Shown piece after piece: positions 54,610 to 64,000 of a stretch of 64,000 bases of DNA. The translations under genes and the position numbers were made by a program. The stretch is from contig SUYL01000037.1 of assembly GCA_015060445.1 (NCBI GenBank), positions 1,577-65,576 on the forward strand, read 5' to 3'. The notes below the pieces were generated by a model that was not told the DNA's origin, made no database searches, and saw only the letters and a list, made by a program, of their open reading frames with translations. Each line of letters begins with the position of its first letter. The first letter of the stretch is position 1. The DNA comes from Bacteroidales bacterium (GTDB lineage: Bacteria; Bacteroidota; Bacteroidia; Bacteroidales; UBA932).

Positions 54610-55848
54610 TTATAGTTGTACATCAAACTGCATCTCTTTTCCCTCCCTCAGCACCTTTACCTTTACCAGATCACCTTTCTTGAGTGTTCCAAGAGCCTGC
54701 ATATATACCTGAATATCCTTAATTGCAATATCATTCACCTGAATTATCACATCCCCGTTCTTCATTCCAGCCTTATAAGCCGGTTTCCCCTTTACAATTA
54801 TCTCTGTCCTCAGGCCGTTCTCCACCTGCCCGGTAACATCGGGCATAAGTCCCAATGACACCTTGAACCCGCCCCTCATTGGCGATGCTGCCGGTGCGGC
54901 AGTCTCGGTGAATGTCAATCCTTCAGGGTATCCCTGAACCTGCTCCACAAGCAGGGCTGCAAATGTTGCAACGGAATCAATTCCCCCAAAATTTATCTTG
55001 TGGGAATCATCGTCGGGAGTATGATAATCTTCTGTTCCTCCTGTGGTGAGGTAAAATACCGGAATATTTTTAGCATAGAAGGCTGAGTGGTCGCTCGGGC
55101 CGTGTCCCTGCTCAGAACGGGTTACCTTAAGGGCATTCCCCATTCGGTGCGATGCTCCGGCAATTATTGCATCCATCTCCTTTGCTGTTCCGGTTCCCCC
55201 AAGGGTAATTGCCTTACCGCGCAGGCGCCCTATCATATCAAAGTTCACCATTGCCACAATATCATTCACAGAAACCCATTTTCTTCCCGACAGTTCCAAT
55301 TCATGCAGGTTCTCCACCATATTCTTGCTCCCCACAATTCCCCTCTCCTCTGCACCGAAAGCGGCAAAGATTATTCCATGCTGCAGATCCTTCCTCTTTG
55401 CAAAATGCTTTGCAAGATGAAGTACTCCTGCCACCCCTGAGGCGTTGTCATCTGCCCCGTTATGTACAGCCAAGGTATCCGGTCTGCGGGAGCCGCTCCC
55501 CTGCCCGCCCATTCCAAGATGGTCATAATGGGCCCCTACCACAATGTATTTTCCACTGCGACCCGGAATGCTTCCATACACGTTAAAGGTGTTTATATTG
55601 CCCCTTTTTACTGTAAAGGGGTGCTTGTGCGGATTGAGTCCCAACTTCTCCAACTGCCCCAAAATGAAATCCGATGCAAGGGTATCCCCCCTTGTGCCGC
55701 CATCTCTCCCCTGAAGGGCATCATGGGCAAGGTATTCTACCACCTGCTGCGAGGAAAGTCTCTTGCCCAACTTTGGAGACTTTATTTCCTGGGCATTCAC
55801 CATTACACATAAGGCCAATGCCGCACCGGCCAACAATATTCTTTTCAT
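54610..55848 (-). CDS. M28 peptidase with PDZ domain (mirror copy of 32947..34185)
   Basis: Identical translation. Confidence 0.8.
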   Translation of the reverse strand: MKRILLAGAALALCVMVNAQEIKSPKLGKRLSSQQVVEYLAHDALQGRDGGTRGDTLASDFILGQLEKLGLNPHKHPFTVKRGNINTFNVYGSIPGRSGKYIVVGAHYDHLGMGGQGSGSRRPDTLAVHNGADDNASGVAGVLHLAKHFAKRKDLQHGIIFAAFGAEERGIVGSKNMVENLHELELSGRKWVSVNDIVAMVNFDMIGRLRGKAITLGGTGTAKEMDAIIAGASHRMGNALKVTRSEQGHGPSDHSAFYAKNIPVFYLTTGGTEDYHTPDDDSHKINFGGIDSVATFAALLVEQVQGYPEGLTFTETAAPAASPMRGGFKVSLGLMPDVTGQVENGLRTEIIVKGKPAYKAGMKNGDVIIQVNDIAIKDIQVYMQALGTLKKGDLVKVKVLREGKEMQFDVQL

Positions 55849-55941
55849 ATATTCTATTCCTGTTATTTGAAACTTTAAATGTAGCATAAAAAAAGTATCT
55901 TTGCCCGCTGTAAACATGTTATTTTTGGTTCAGCAGACAAT

Positions 55942-56301
55942 ATGAAGATTTTTCTTACGATATTGGGAACAATTTCACTGGGATTGGGAATACTCGGGAT
56001 TTTTCTTCCCCTGCTCCCCACAACACCCCTATTGCTTCTTTCTGCGGCATTATTCCTCAGAAGCAACAGAAGATTGTATGACTGGCTGATGAACCATCCC
56101 CGTCTGGGGCCCTATATAACAAACTTCCTAAAGCACAAGGCTATTCCATTGAGAGTAAAGATAATATCAGTAACTACAGTGTGGATTACACTGCTTTATT
56201 GTGCATTTGGCATTGCAGGGCACTGGGCGTTGAGTCTTTTGTTCATCCTCCTTGCGGCAGGAATCACAATACATATCCTTTCGTACAAGACATTAAGGTA
56301 A
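55942..56301 (+). CDS. YbaN/DUF454 protein (mirror copy of 32494..32853)
   Basis: Identical 119-aa translation. Confidence 0.7.
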   Translation: MKIFLTILGTISLGLGILGIFLPLLPTTPLLLLSAALFLRSNRRLYDWLMNHPRLGPYITNFLKHKAIPLRVKIISVTTVWITLLYCAFGIAGHWALSLLFILLAAGITIHILSYKTLR

Positions 56302-56589
56302 TTGTCTCTTGTGGCCCGGGCCTTCAGGGAACCACCCTTTCTTAACCCTCTCTTTCTGTTCAAAGAGTTCAAGGATGCTCCAGAATGAAGAGAATGCCGT
56401 AACACCAAACACTGTGGACAGAATTACATTAGCCACTATAAGGGACAATCCGCAGAACAGGATGCCGGCGAGCAGGAAAGCCCACCAGCATTTTGTTCCA
56501 AGGTAATATTCTGCCTTAATTACTATAGGATGAAAAAGTCCTATAATAAGGAAGGTTGCAAGTCCTATAAGTATTCCTGTAAAATACAT
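56293..56589 (-). CDS. Small membrane protein (mirror copy of 32206..32502)
   Basis: Identical 98-aa translation. Confidence 0.5.
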   Translation of the reverse strand: MYFTGILIGLATFLIIGLFHPIVIKAEYYLGTKCWWAFLLAGILFCGLSLIVANVILSTVFGVTAFSSFWSILELFEQKERVKKGWFPEGPGHKRQLP

Positions 56590-56598
56590 ATCGTTTTA

Positions 56599-57309
56599 TT
56601 AGAAAGTCCATTTTACGCCAAGTGCAGGTATTGCCTTGAACCCTTTCTCAAAGAAATTTGAAGAGAGTTCCAACTCGCCGCCAACACTCAGGTTAACATC
56701 TTTCCACCCCTCAATCTTGTTGAGGTTAACCCAGAACTGAGGCTCTGCCAGGAAGATGTACTCTGTATCCTGCCAAGGTCTTGCCTCCCTCCAGAAATCT
56801 GCAAATCCGCTGAAAGAGCACCATCCGTCGGCGAAGGTAATTCCCCATACTCCGGTAATCTGGAAATTGCTCTCCTGCTCCTCTCCATCCAGACCTATTG
56901 TATCCGGAATGAGTTTGTACATTGCAGAGAGTGACCAGGTCTTGCTGAAATCCTTTGAGTGTCCAGAGTATGTAAGACCTGCAAGCCAGGCATTATTGAA
57001 TGATCCGGCAACATTATTAAGACCTCCATTGAACTCAAGGTGCAAAGAGAGCCATGAAAGGTTGCTCTCTTTCCAGAAGCACAACTCCCTTGAAAGTTCC
57101 CAATATGCTCCGCTCACATTTGGGGTGTAATCCAAATCAACAAAGAAAAATGTGCTTCCCCATGCATCCGGACGGAACATCTCTATTGTTGAAGTTACAC
57201 ATTCACGCTCTGTATCATACAGAACCTGTATGTTCTGAGCCTTAGCCTCACTGGCAGCGGCAAAACTCAATGCCATAATGGCAATACACAATACAAACAG
57301 TTTTTTCAT
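56599..57309 (-). CDS. DUF5020/Tsx-like outer-membrane protein (mirror copy of 31486..32196)
   Basis: Identical 236-aa translation. Confidence 0.55.
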   Translation of the reverse strand: MKKLFVLCIAIMALSFAAASEAKAQNIQVLYDTERECVTSTIEMFRPDAWGSTFFFVDLDYTPNVSGAYWELSRELCFWKESNLSWLSLHLEFNGGLNNVAGSFNNAWLAGLTYSGHSKDFSKTWSLSAMYKLIPDTIGLDGEEQESNFQITGVWGITFADGWCSFSGFADFWREARPWQDTEYIFLAEPQFWVNLNKIEGWKDVNLSVGGELELSSNFFEKGFKAIPALGVKWTF

Positions 57310-57321
57310 AAGTATAGTTTT

Positions 57322-58035
57322 TTAATTGTTGTAGTCCAATCTGACATATTTCCTTATGAACCTTATTGCCGCATAAGCCAGCGGAGTTCCAAACACCGTT
57401 TCTATGAGGAGTTTGCTGCAATACTGGAAGGCTATCATAAGGAGCAGTTCCCTTACAGATACCGTTCCCGCAAAAGCAATAAGCACAAACGGCAGGCTGT
57501 CAAAGACATATCCCACTGCAGAACTTCCTATAGTACGCACCCACAGATGCTTTCCCTTTGTCTTCTCCCTTATCTTTACCATAAGCCAGGCATTGGAGAG
57601 TTCTCCACACAGGAATCCCACCAACGAAGCCAACACAATACGGGGCACATAGTTGAAAATGTGGTCATATGCAGCCGCTGTCTCACCAAGATGCTCCGGA
57701 GAAGGGAGACAAACCCCTATTTGGGTACACACCACCATAAGGATATTGCAGAAAAAGGTTGTCCATATCACCCTCTTTGAAATTCTGAAGCCCCAAATCT
57801 CAGTAAGCACATCACCAAGCATATATGCAAAGGGGAATGTTATTGTTCCGGCATCAAAATAGAAGATATTGAAAAGGCCTATAACCTTTACGGCCATTGT
57901 ATTTGAGATGAGATAGGAGGATACGAACAGCGCCGTAACCACCATAAGTGCAGTCTGGTTGCTCACAGACTGACCTCCGGCACGCAGACGTGCTTTCACT
58001 CGGTTTTTTAAAGGGTTTCCCGATACCTTGTCCAT
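57322..58035 (-). CDS. yhhQ: Queuosine-precursor transporter YhhQ (mirror copy of 30760..31473)
   Basis: Identical 237-aa translation. Confidence 0.75.
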   Translation of the reverse strand: MDKVSGNPLKNRVKARLRAGGQSVSNQTALMVVTALFVSSYLISNTMAVKVIGLFNIFYFDAGTITFPFAYMLGDVLTEIWGFRISKRVIWTTFFCNILMVVCTQIGVCLPSPEHLGETAAAYDHIFNYVPRIVLASLVGFLCGELSNAWLMVKIREKTKGKHLWVRTIGSSAVGYVFDSLPFVLIAFAGTVSVRELLLMIAFQYCSKLLIETVFGTPLAYAAIRFIRKYVRLDYNN

Positions 58036-58136
58036 AATTTTCAGTTTTTATAGGGGACAAAGATAAGAAACATTGAAAAAATGCCATAATTGTGTGGAAG
58101 TTTGCTTAATTTTGAACCAAAATAAATTCTATCTTT

Positions 58137-59663
58137 ATGAAAAAACTATTCAATCTTGTTGCTGCAGCACTGCTGGCTGCAATTATTGTTTCCTGCGGCA
58201 ACAACCCTTCTCAGAAGTATTATAAATCCATTCCCGACGGATTTGACGCAATGTGCCAGCGTGCCATTGACGAGTGGAAAGTTCCTGGAATGGCCGTTGC
58301 CGTTGTAAAGGACGGTGAGGTGGTTTTCATGAAAGGATATGGAAATGCCCACCTTGGAGACTCTCTTACAGCACCGGTACCGGTTACCCCACAGACCCAG
58401 TTTGTAATTGCATCAACCTCAAAGGCATTTACATCGGGACTATTGGCAAATGTAATGGATGAGTATCCCGAGATAAAATGGGATGCCCCGGTTATCAATT
58501 ACCTGCCTGATTTTAAAATGTACGACCCTTGGGTTACCAAAAATTTCCAGGTAAGGGAGATAATGTCGCACCACAGCGGATTCAACAGTTATGCCCTTGA
58601 CGACCTTCCACCTTGGGGCTATGACAGGGATGACCTTTACAAGATCTACTCTGTACTTCAGCCAACCTACAGTTTCCGTACAAAATATGCCTACAACAAC
58701 AGCATGTACACAATTGCTGCCAAAATCATTGAGAAATATACAGGGAAAAGTTGGGATGAGGCTTTGATTGAGCGCATCTTCACCCCTCTTGGAATGAAAA
58801 ACTCCACAACCGGAAACATCTCTTTCTACACCGCTGAAAACCTTGCCCAGGGTTACAGGATGAGGAAAGCGGAGGAGAAGGACGAGATTGTTGTTGTACC
58901 CCGTACAGACAAGGAGGATGCATTTGCATGGCTTTCTGCGGTTGCCCCTGCAGGTTTTGTAATCTCTACAGTTGAGGATATGGCAAACTGGGTAAAGATG
59001 CACCTTAACCACGGTACATTCAACGGCAAGGAGATTATCTCACGCAAAAATCATGATATGCTGTGGTATCCTCAAACCATTACCGGAAGTGACTCTACAC
59101 GCCTTACCAACTACGCCCAGGGTTGGACAGTTGAGTTTGGAGAGCAGGGACGCTACATTAGGCATACCGGTCTGGCATACGGCTATACTGCATTGGTGGG
59201 AATGGTTCCTGAAATGGACCTTGGATTTGTATTCCTTACAAACAACGGAAGTTCTTCAGACCCTCAGTCTGCCATAGGCCGTGACCTGATTGAACTTTAC
59301 AAAGGGAACAAATCATCTTATTTTGACGAGTATTTTGCAGACTATAAAGAGGATCTGTTCAGCAAAGATGAGCCTAAGGCAAAAGAAGAGGTTACACCAG
59401 TTGCCGCACTGGCAAACAAGGCTTATGTAGGCAACTATACCCTTGAGCCTTTTGGTACTGCCAAAGTTTATGAGAAGGATGGGGAGTTGTATTTCAACCT
59501 GCGCAAGGTAGACAGCCCTCTGAAACATAAAAACGGTAATGTATTTACCTTCTACGCAAAAGGCTCAGGTACATTTGACCTTACATTCACAGTAAAAGGG
59601 AACCGCGCCCAGTCACTAACATTTGACATAGTGGATCCTGTAGGTGAGTTTGTAAGAAAGTAA
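58137..59663 (+). CDS. Beta-lactamase-family serine hydrolase (mirror copy of 29132..30658)
   Basis: Identical 508-aa translation. Confidence 0.8.
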   Translation: MKKLFNLVAAALLAAIIVSCGNNPSQKYYKSIPDGFDAMCQRAIDEWKVPGMAVAVVKDGEVVFMKGYGNAHLGDSLTAPVPVTPQTQFVIASTSKAFTSGLLANVMDEYPEIKWDAPVINYLPDFKMYDPWVTKNFQVREIMSHHSGFNSYALDDLPPWGYDRDDLYKIYSVLQPTYSFRTKYAYNNSMYTIAAKIIEKYTGKSWDEALIERIFTPLGMKNSTTGNISFYTAENLAQGYRMRKAEEKDEIVVVPRTDKEDAFAWLSAVAPAGFVISTVEDMANWVKMHLNHGTFNGKEIISRKNHDMLWYPQTITGSDSTRLTNYAQGWTVEFGEQGRYIRHTGLAYGYTALVGMVPEMDLGFVFLTNNGSSSDPQSAIGRDLIELYKGNKSSYFDEYFADYKEDLFSKDEPKAKEEVTPVAALANKAYVGNYTLEPFGTAKVYEKDGELYFNLRKVDSPLKHKNGNVFTFYAKGSGTFDLTFTVKGNRAQSLTFDIVDPVGEFVRK

Positions 59664-59933
59664 CAGTCCCCGGCTCCGGCCATGCAAAGGTGCTATGCAA
59701 AGGCGGTTTCGTGATGGCGGCCATGCAAAAGCAACCCCGCACCAGGCACTGAAAATATGAATTCCTCCACAAAAGCGTTATGTTTTGTGGAGGAATTTAA
59801 TTTTTGCCGCTATCTGTCCACAAAAGAGGTATCCGGTGTGGATGCAAAACGCCCAGAAGAAACTTTTGTCCTCATTTTAGCGCAGTTTTGTGGAAGAACA
59901 GCTCAATTCTACCGGAAAAGCCGGGTCAATCCA

Positions 59934-60165
59934 TCACTCTTCCACCTCGTATGGAAGGAAGTGGAATTCTTTTTCCGCCTTTTCTCGGGAGAAACAATAG
60001 TAAGTTGCTTCTGCTGTGGAACATAGCGTACCGTTTGCAGTTAGGGTAATCTCCATAATTACAAAATTCCATCTTTAAACCGCACGTATTTTCAGGGGCG
60101 CAAGCAAAGCAGTTGTAGCCCAGACCTTCAGATGTCCCTGCATATGGATTGATTATCTTTTTCAC
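59934..60165 (-). pseudogene. Internally deleted PaaI-type thioesterase (mirror copy of 28630..28861)
   Basis: Mirror coordinates. Confidence 0.5.
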
Positions 60166-60187
60166 TTTCTATCTTTTTACAATAAAA

Positions 60188-62281
60188 CTACTCGGTATCC
60201 TCATTCACCAGCACATCTCTCTTGCTGTTTCCATCCTTTTTTGGAGGATATGCAATGCGGGCATGGTATATTTCCTGAAGATGTTTCTTGAATACTGCCT
60301 TAACTACATTTATCTCCTTTATTGAGATGTCTGCCATAGCGAGTTGGGAATCGTTGATCCTCTGGCTTGTAATACCTTCAACCAATTTGGAGATACTCTC
60401 GGCAGAATAGTCCTTAAGGGTGCGTGAGGCTGCTTCAACGGCATCTGCCATCATTACCACCACCTGTTCTTTTGCAGTTGGAAGGGTCCCCTGATATGTA
60501 AAATCAAAGGTATTGGCAGGGTCTCCGCCGTTATTGCAGTACTGGGTATAGAAATATGCCGTCTGCGAACGTCCGTGGTGTGATGTTATAAAGTCAACCA
60601 CTATCTGCGGCAGATTGTGTTTCCTTGCTATCTCCACACCGTCAGCCACATGCCTAATTATCTCCTTGGCACTCTCCTGTGGAGAAAGCCCTTTGTGATA
60701 CTCCACTCCCGGAGCCTGGTTCTCAATGAAGCACTGGGGATTGTTTATCTTTCCTATGTCGTGGTACATGGCACCTACTTTAACAAGTCGGGAGTTTCCA
60801 CGTATGGCAAGAACAGCCCTCTCGGCCATATTTGCAACCTGCAGAGAGTGCTGGAATGTACCCGGTGCCTTGCGGGCCAACTCCTGCAGAAGTCTGTTGT
60901 TGGTATCGGAAAGGTCCTTGAGTGTTGCTACAGATACCAGCATGAATATCTTCTCAAGGAGGAATACAAGAGGATATGCAGCCACAACCAGAAATGCATT
61001 GCAGAAGATGAAGGCAATTGTTGTATAGTTTGCAGCATCAAAGACACCACCCTCCATCATCCTGAAAGCAAGATGCAGGATAAACATTCCCACAAAGATT
61101 ATGAAGGAATTGAGGAACTGCAGCCATCCCCTGTAAAGGAACGAGAATGAGACAAGTGCTATACCGCCGGCAACAGCATTGAGCATATAGAGTTCTATTC
61201 CATTTTCTGATATTATAAGCAATGGCAACAATGAAATCATGTATATGGGGAATACCAGTTTGTTCCTGAAGAATGCCATCATATAGAGGGCAAAAACCGC
61301 ATAAGGGACCATAAACATGAACTGAGGATCGAGCCTTCTGGCAAAGACTGTTATGAGGAATGCCATAAGGACAACCAGCAGTATGAAATTGAAACGGTTG
61401 CTCTCGGTAAGGATATTGAAGTTCACAAAGTAAATTGTAACGTAAACCAGCAGCAGTACAACAATGCATACAATGGCATGTGCAATATAGAGTTGCCACA
61501 AATTGCCGGTGTATCCATAACTGATCTCATACTCTGCCTTGTAGGAATCAAGCAACTGCTGAATCTCAGCAGTTATTGTCTCACCTTCTGTTACAATAAG
61601 TTGTCCGGAGTACACCATCCCTTTTGTAGGGGAAATGAAATCCATCGCCTCCTTGTGCAGAAGATCTGTATTCTGCTGGCTGAAGATGAGGTTTGGCTGT
61701 ACAAGGTTGTCTATCCCATACAGTGCAAGGAGCGAATCTGCATTGTACTGCGGAAGATTCAGTTTTATATCTGATTTTATATACTGCTGCGCAGAGGAAA
61801 CTGTGAAGAGGTCCTGCAGAAGTTGCTCTGTTGCCCTCCTCTCCTTCTGCACAATTACATAACTTGTGCGTCCTGCAGGGAGGTCGGAATTGTCGGGAAT
61901 AATACCTGTTTCATATACATGCTCCAATACCCCTGCAAGTTCCTTTTCCATATCTGACGGAATTGAATGGCGTATCTGCATGTGCGCCAGGGTTCCCTGC
62001 TGCAGTGGCGCCACAGTTTCATCATAAATGTAGTAAGGTACCACCTTTGCGGCTGCGGCATCCCTCTCTGCAAAGAGTTCCGCTTCTGTTTTGAGGATTG
62101 GAAAATCTATGGGTGCTATAAGTGTTTCATACATCCACGGACGCCCCTTATGGTATTCATATGGGAATTTTCCCTCATTGGGGAAAAACAGCATCATTAC
62201 TATAAAAGCCAGCGAGAGGCTCACATAAACGGACCTTTTCTTTAAAATGGCCTTCGTTTTATTTACATTTATAATATCCAT
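60188..62281 (-). CDS. 7TM-HD/HDIG phosphohydrolase (mirror copy of 26514..28607)
   Basis: Identical translation. Confidence 0.8.
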   Translation of the reverse strand: MDIINVNKTKAILKKRSVYVSLSLAFIVMMLFFPNEGKFPYEYHKGRPWMYETLIAPIDFPILKTEAELFAERDAAAAKVVPYYIYDETVAPLQQGTLAHMQIRHSIPSDMEKELAGVLEHVYETGIIPDNSDLPAGRTSYVIVQKERRATEQLLQDLFTVSSAQQYIKSDIKLNLPQYNADSLLALYGIDNLVQPNLIFSQQNTDLLHKEAMDFISPTKGMVYSGQLIVTEGETITAEIQQLLDSYKAEYEISYGYTGNLWQLYIAHAIVCIVVLLLVYVTIYFVNFNILTESNRFNFILLVVLMAFLITVFARRLDPQFMFMVPYAVFALYMMAFFRNKLVFPIYMISLLPLLIISENGIELYMLNAVAGGIALVSFSFLYRGWLQFLNSFIIFVGMFILHLAFRMMEGGVFDAANYTTIAFIFCNAFLVVAAYPLVFLLEKIFMLVSVATLKDLSDTNNRLLQELARKAPGTFQHSLQVANMAERAVLAIRGNSRLVKVGAMYHDIGKINNPQCFIENQAPGVEYHKGLSPQESAKEIIRHVADGVEIARKHNLPQIVVDFITSHHGRSQTAYFYTQYCNNGGDPANTFDFTYQGTLPTAKEQVVVMMADAVEAASRTLKDYSAESISKLVEGITSQRINDSQLAMADISIKEINVVKAVFKKHLQEIYHARIAYPPKKDGNSKRDVLVNEDTE

Positions 62282-62335
62282 ATCACAAAAATACACTAAT
62301 TTTGCGCTTATAACCAAAAAATAACTTTTAATATT

Positions 62336-63136
62336 ATGATTCGTTTTGCAGTTGCATTATTGCTGTGCATTATGGCAATGGGCAGAGCAAGTGCCCAAGA
62401 ACTTATTGTAATTGAGAGTCCTAACCTCAAATGCAATGATTCAATTCTAGTTTTTACCCCAGAAAATGTAAATGACCAGACCCCTACCCTGTTCCTTCTT
62501 CACGGATGGAGCGGATGCTACAAAGACTGGAGCAAGAAACATGACATTCAAGAGATAAGCAACAGAACTAATTTCCGTATCATTTGTCCCGACGGTTTCT
62601 ACAACGGATGGTATCTGAACAATACAGATCCCCAGAAGATGCAGTGGAGAACCTTCTTCTGGAGTGAACTTTTCCCTATGATGCAGAAAAAGTTCAACCT
62701 TGTTCCGGAGAGGACATTCATTACAGGTTTGAGCATGGGAGGACACGGCGCAATGAACCTTTTCCTTGATAATCCCGACATGTTCAAGTCTGCAGGAAGT
62801 ATGAGCGGCGTCCTTGACCTTGAACTTACTCCACTAAAAAAGAACCAGATACCTGAGGTTATTGGCGACAAAGTTGAGAGACTTGCACAGGAGAGTGCAA
62901 TAAACAGGGTACACAAACTTGAGGGAAAGAACAAACCGTTCATAATCAGTTGCGGTTATGATGATTTCTATGTAAGATGTACAGACCTTTTCTCTGAGAA
63001 ATGCCGCTACATGGGAATACCCCATTTTGCACTACTCACTCCCGGAAAGCACTCGTGGCCTTATTGGGGATTTGCCCTTGAGCAGCATATCGCCTTCTTC
63101 CAGAAACTTATGAGGGGTGACAATCTGGGATATTAA
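62336..63136 (+). CDS. Secreted esterase (mirror copy of 25659..26459)
   Basis: Identical 266-aa translation. Confidence 0.75.
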   Translation: MIRFAVALLLCIMAMGRASAQELIVIESPNLKCNDSILVFTPENVNDQTPTLFLLHGWSGCYKDWSKKHDIQEISNRTNFRIICPDGFYNGWYLNNTDPQKMQWRTFFWSELFPMMQKKFNLVPERTFITGLSMGGHGAMNLFLDNPDMFKSAGSMSGVLDLELTPLKKNQIPEVIGDKVERLAQESAINRVHKLEGKNKPFIISCGYDDFYVRCTDLFSEKCRYMGIPHFALLTPGKHSWPYWGFALEQHIAFFQKLMRGDNLGY

Positions 63137-63234
63137 AATTTTTTGCAGAAAATTTTCTTGTGTCAAAAGTTGACAAAACACCAGGATATTTTTGCACTGT
63201 AAACAAAACAGTACAAACTAAAATATCAGGTGTC

Positions 63235-63354
63235 ATGAGAGAATTTTTACTTAACGCAATGGGTTACGCAACAGTTGTTGCAATGATTGTTTCAGTTGTT
63301 TATACCTGGAGTTGTATAAACAGGGAAATAAGAAAAATGGAGAAAGCAAAATAA
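63235..63354 (+). CDS. Possible 39-aa TM micro-protein (mirror copy of 25441..25560)
   Basis: ATG at 63235; the stop overlaps the MFS start. Confidence 0.25.
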   Translation: MREFLLNAMGYATVVAMIVSVVYTWSCINREIRKMEKAK

Positions 63355-64000
63355 TGCTTTGGAACAGGAACTTCATATTGGTAAACTTGGGCAACTTCTT
63401 AATGTACAACGCTTTTTACATGTTGTTGCCCATTTTGCCACTATATCTGGCAAACCATCTTCACGCAAGTGAATCAATAATAGGGACAATATTGTCCCTT
63501 TATACTATAGCGGCACTCATAACAAGGCCTGTAGCAGGATTCTGGCTCGACAAAGCCTCCCGCAAGCCCCTTATGATGTGCTTCTATCTTTTCTATATCT
63601 CAATGTGCCTGAGTTACACACTGGCAGCCACATTGGGACTTTTCTTTATAATCCGCTTTGTACACGGCATAGCCTTCGGGTGCTCAACCGTAGGGATAAA
63701 TACAATGGCTGTAGATATCATCCCCTGGGAACGGAGAGGAGAAGGATTGGGAATCTATACCTCATCTACCTCCCTTGCCATGGCCACAGGACCGCTTATC
63801 TCTCTTTTTATGAATGAGAACGGTATTGAATTCAATACCATTTTCATTGCGGTATTCTGCGTTGGCCTGACAGGATTTCTGGCCACAGCAAACATAAAGC
63901 CTGGCAAGGATGTGCAGCGTTCTAACAGAAAATTCAGCATCTCCAGCCTGCTCCTGCGGAAGGGTCTTCCGGTTGCTGCCGTAATGGTGCTCCTTACATT
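63354..64000 (+). CDS. MFS transporter, 5' part only (mirror copy of 24278..25441, cut by the window end)
   Basis: ATG at 63354 (MLWNRNFILVNLGNF...). The frame is open to the window end, so it is absent from the ORF track. Confidence 0.8.
   Translation, partial: MLWNRNFILVNLGNFLMYNAFYMLLPILPLYLANHLHASESIIGTILSLYTIAALITRPVAGFWLDKASRKPLMMCFYLFYISMCLSYTLAATLGLFFIIRFVHGIAFGCSTVGINTMAVDIIPWERRGEGLGIYTSSTSLAMATGPLISLFMNENGIEFNTIFIAVFCVGLTGFLATANIKPGKDVQRSNRKFSISSLLLRKGLPVAAVMVLLT

Larger units (their letters stand above)
24795..64000. repeat. Spacer-less perfect palindrome (inverted duplication): left arm 24795-44397, right arm 44398-64000, x maps to 88795-x; extent limited by the window end
   Basis: All track ORFs in 24278-44433 recur with identical translation on the opposite strand. 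Nucleotide spot checks at five places were exact, including homopolymer lengths. Confidence 0.95.

Noticed and set aside
24795-64000. Interpreting the inverted duplication as a composite transposon, an invertible segment bounded by inverted repeats, or a phage/plasmid hairpin telomere
   Set aside because: No transposase, invertase, integrase or protelomerase gene is present. There is no unique segment between the arms to invert, and the arm content is ordinary chromosomal housekeeping genes.
1-64000. Search by eye for CRISPR arrays, tRNA/rRNA genes, IS elements and prophage structural modules
   Set aside because: No regularly spaced direct repeats, no tRNA-like cloverleaf with conserved T-loop/anticodon features, no rRNA-like sequence, and no transposase or phage structural ORFs were recognised. 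A manual scan of 64 kb cannot exclude small RNAs.

Overview
64-kb Bacteroidota-like chromosomal segment. The assignment rests on gene content: TonB-dependent receptors with CarboxypepD_reg/plug domains, a DUF4249-type lipoprotein, many lipoprotein signal peptides and TAnnTTTG -7 boxes. No rRNA, tRNA, CRISPR array, transposase or integrase was recognised. All functional names come from motifs read by eye in the translations; no database search was run.

The window has three parts.

(1) 1-10.9 kb is accessory and conflict-like.
- A minus-strand cluster (1-4935) encodes a large TIR-like/STAND-NTPase/membrane protein, two tandem small paralogs, an orphan TssD/Hcp-like protein and a Macro-TIR fusion. 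The large protein is absent from the ORF track because it runs off the left edge.
- An AAA/DUF4143 ATPase follows.
- Then comes a plus-strand cluster of a vWA fragment, an ADP-ribosylglycohydrolase, a vWA protein and a WG-repeat protein.
- This is my best candidate for an undescribed system. TIR, Macro and ARH domains all point to ADP-ribose/NAD chemistry.

(2) 10.9-24.8 kb holds ordinary envelope and metabolic genes: an S9 peptidase, a caspase-fold-like lipoprotein, a TonB-dependent receptor with two partner proteins, a nitroreductase, an MBL hydrolase and an MFS transporter.

(3) From 24795 to the window end the sequence is a spacer-less, apparently perfect palindrome.
- The axis lies between 44397 and 44398, and coordinate x maps to 88795-x.
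- About 20 genes therefore appear twice in mirror orientation.
- The axis sits in a terminator-like hairpin downstream of a TonB-dependent receptor gene.
- This is most likely a fold-back artefact of sequencing, amplification or assembly. It would be remarkable if real.

Smaller observations include:
- a 29-bp inverted repeat enclosing three hairpins (21868-22006);
- an internally deleted thioesterase pseudogene;
- gene remnants flanking a YhcG-type nuclease gene;
- a 22-nt motif shared by two promoters;
- phased repeats upstream of the AAA ATPase gene.
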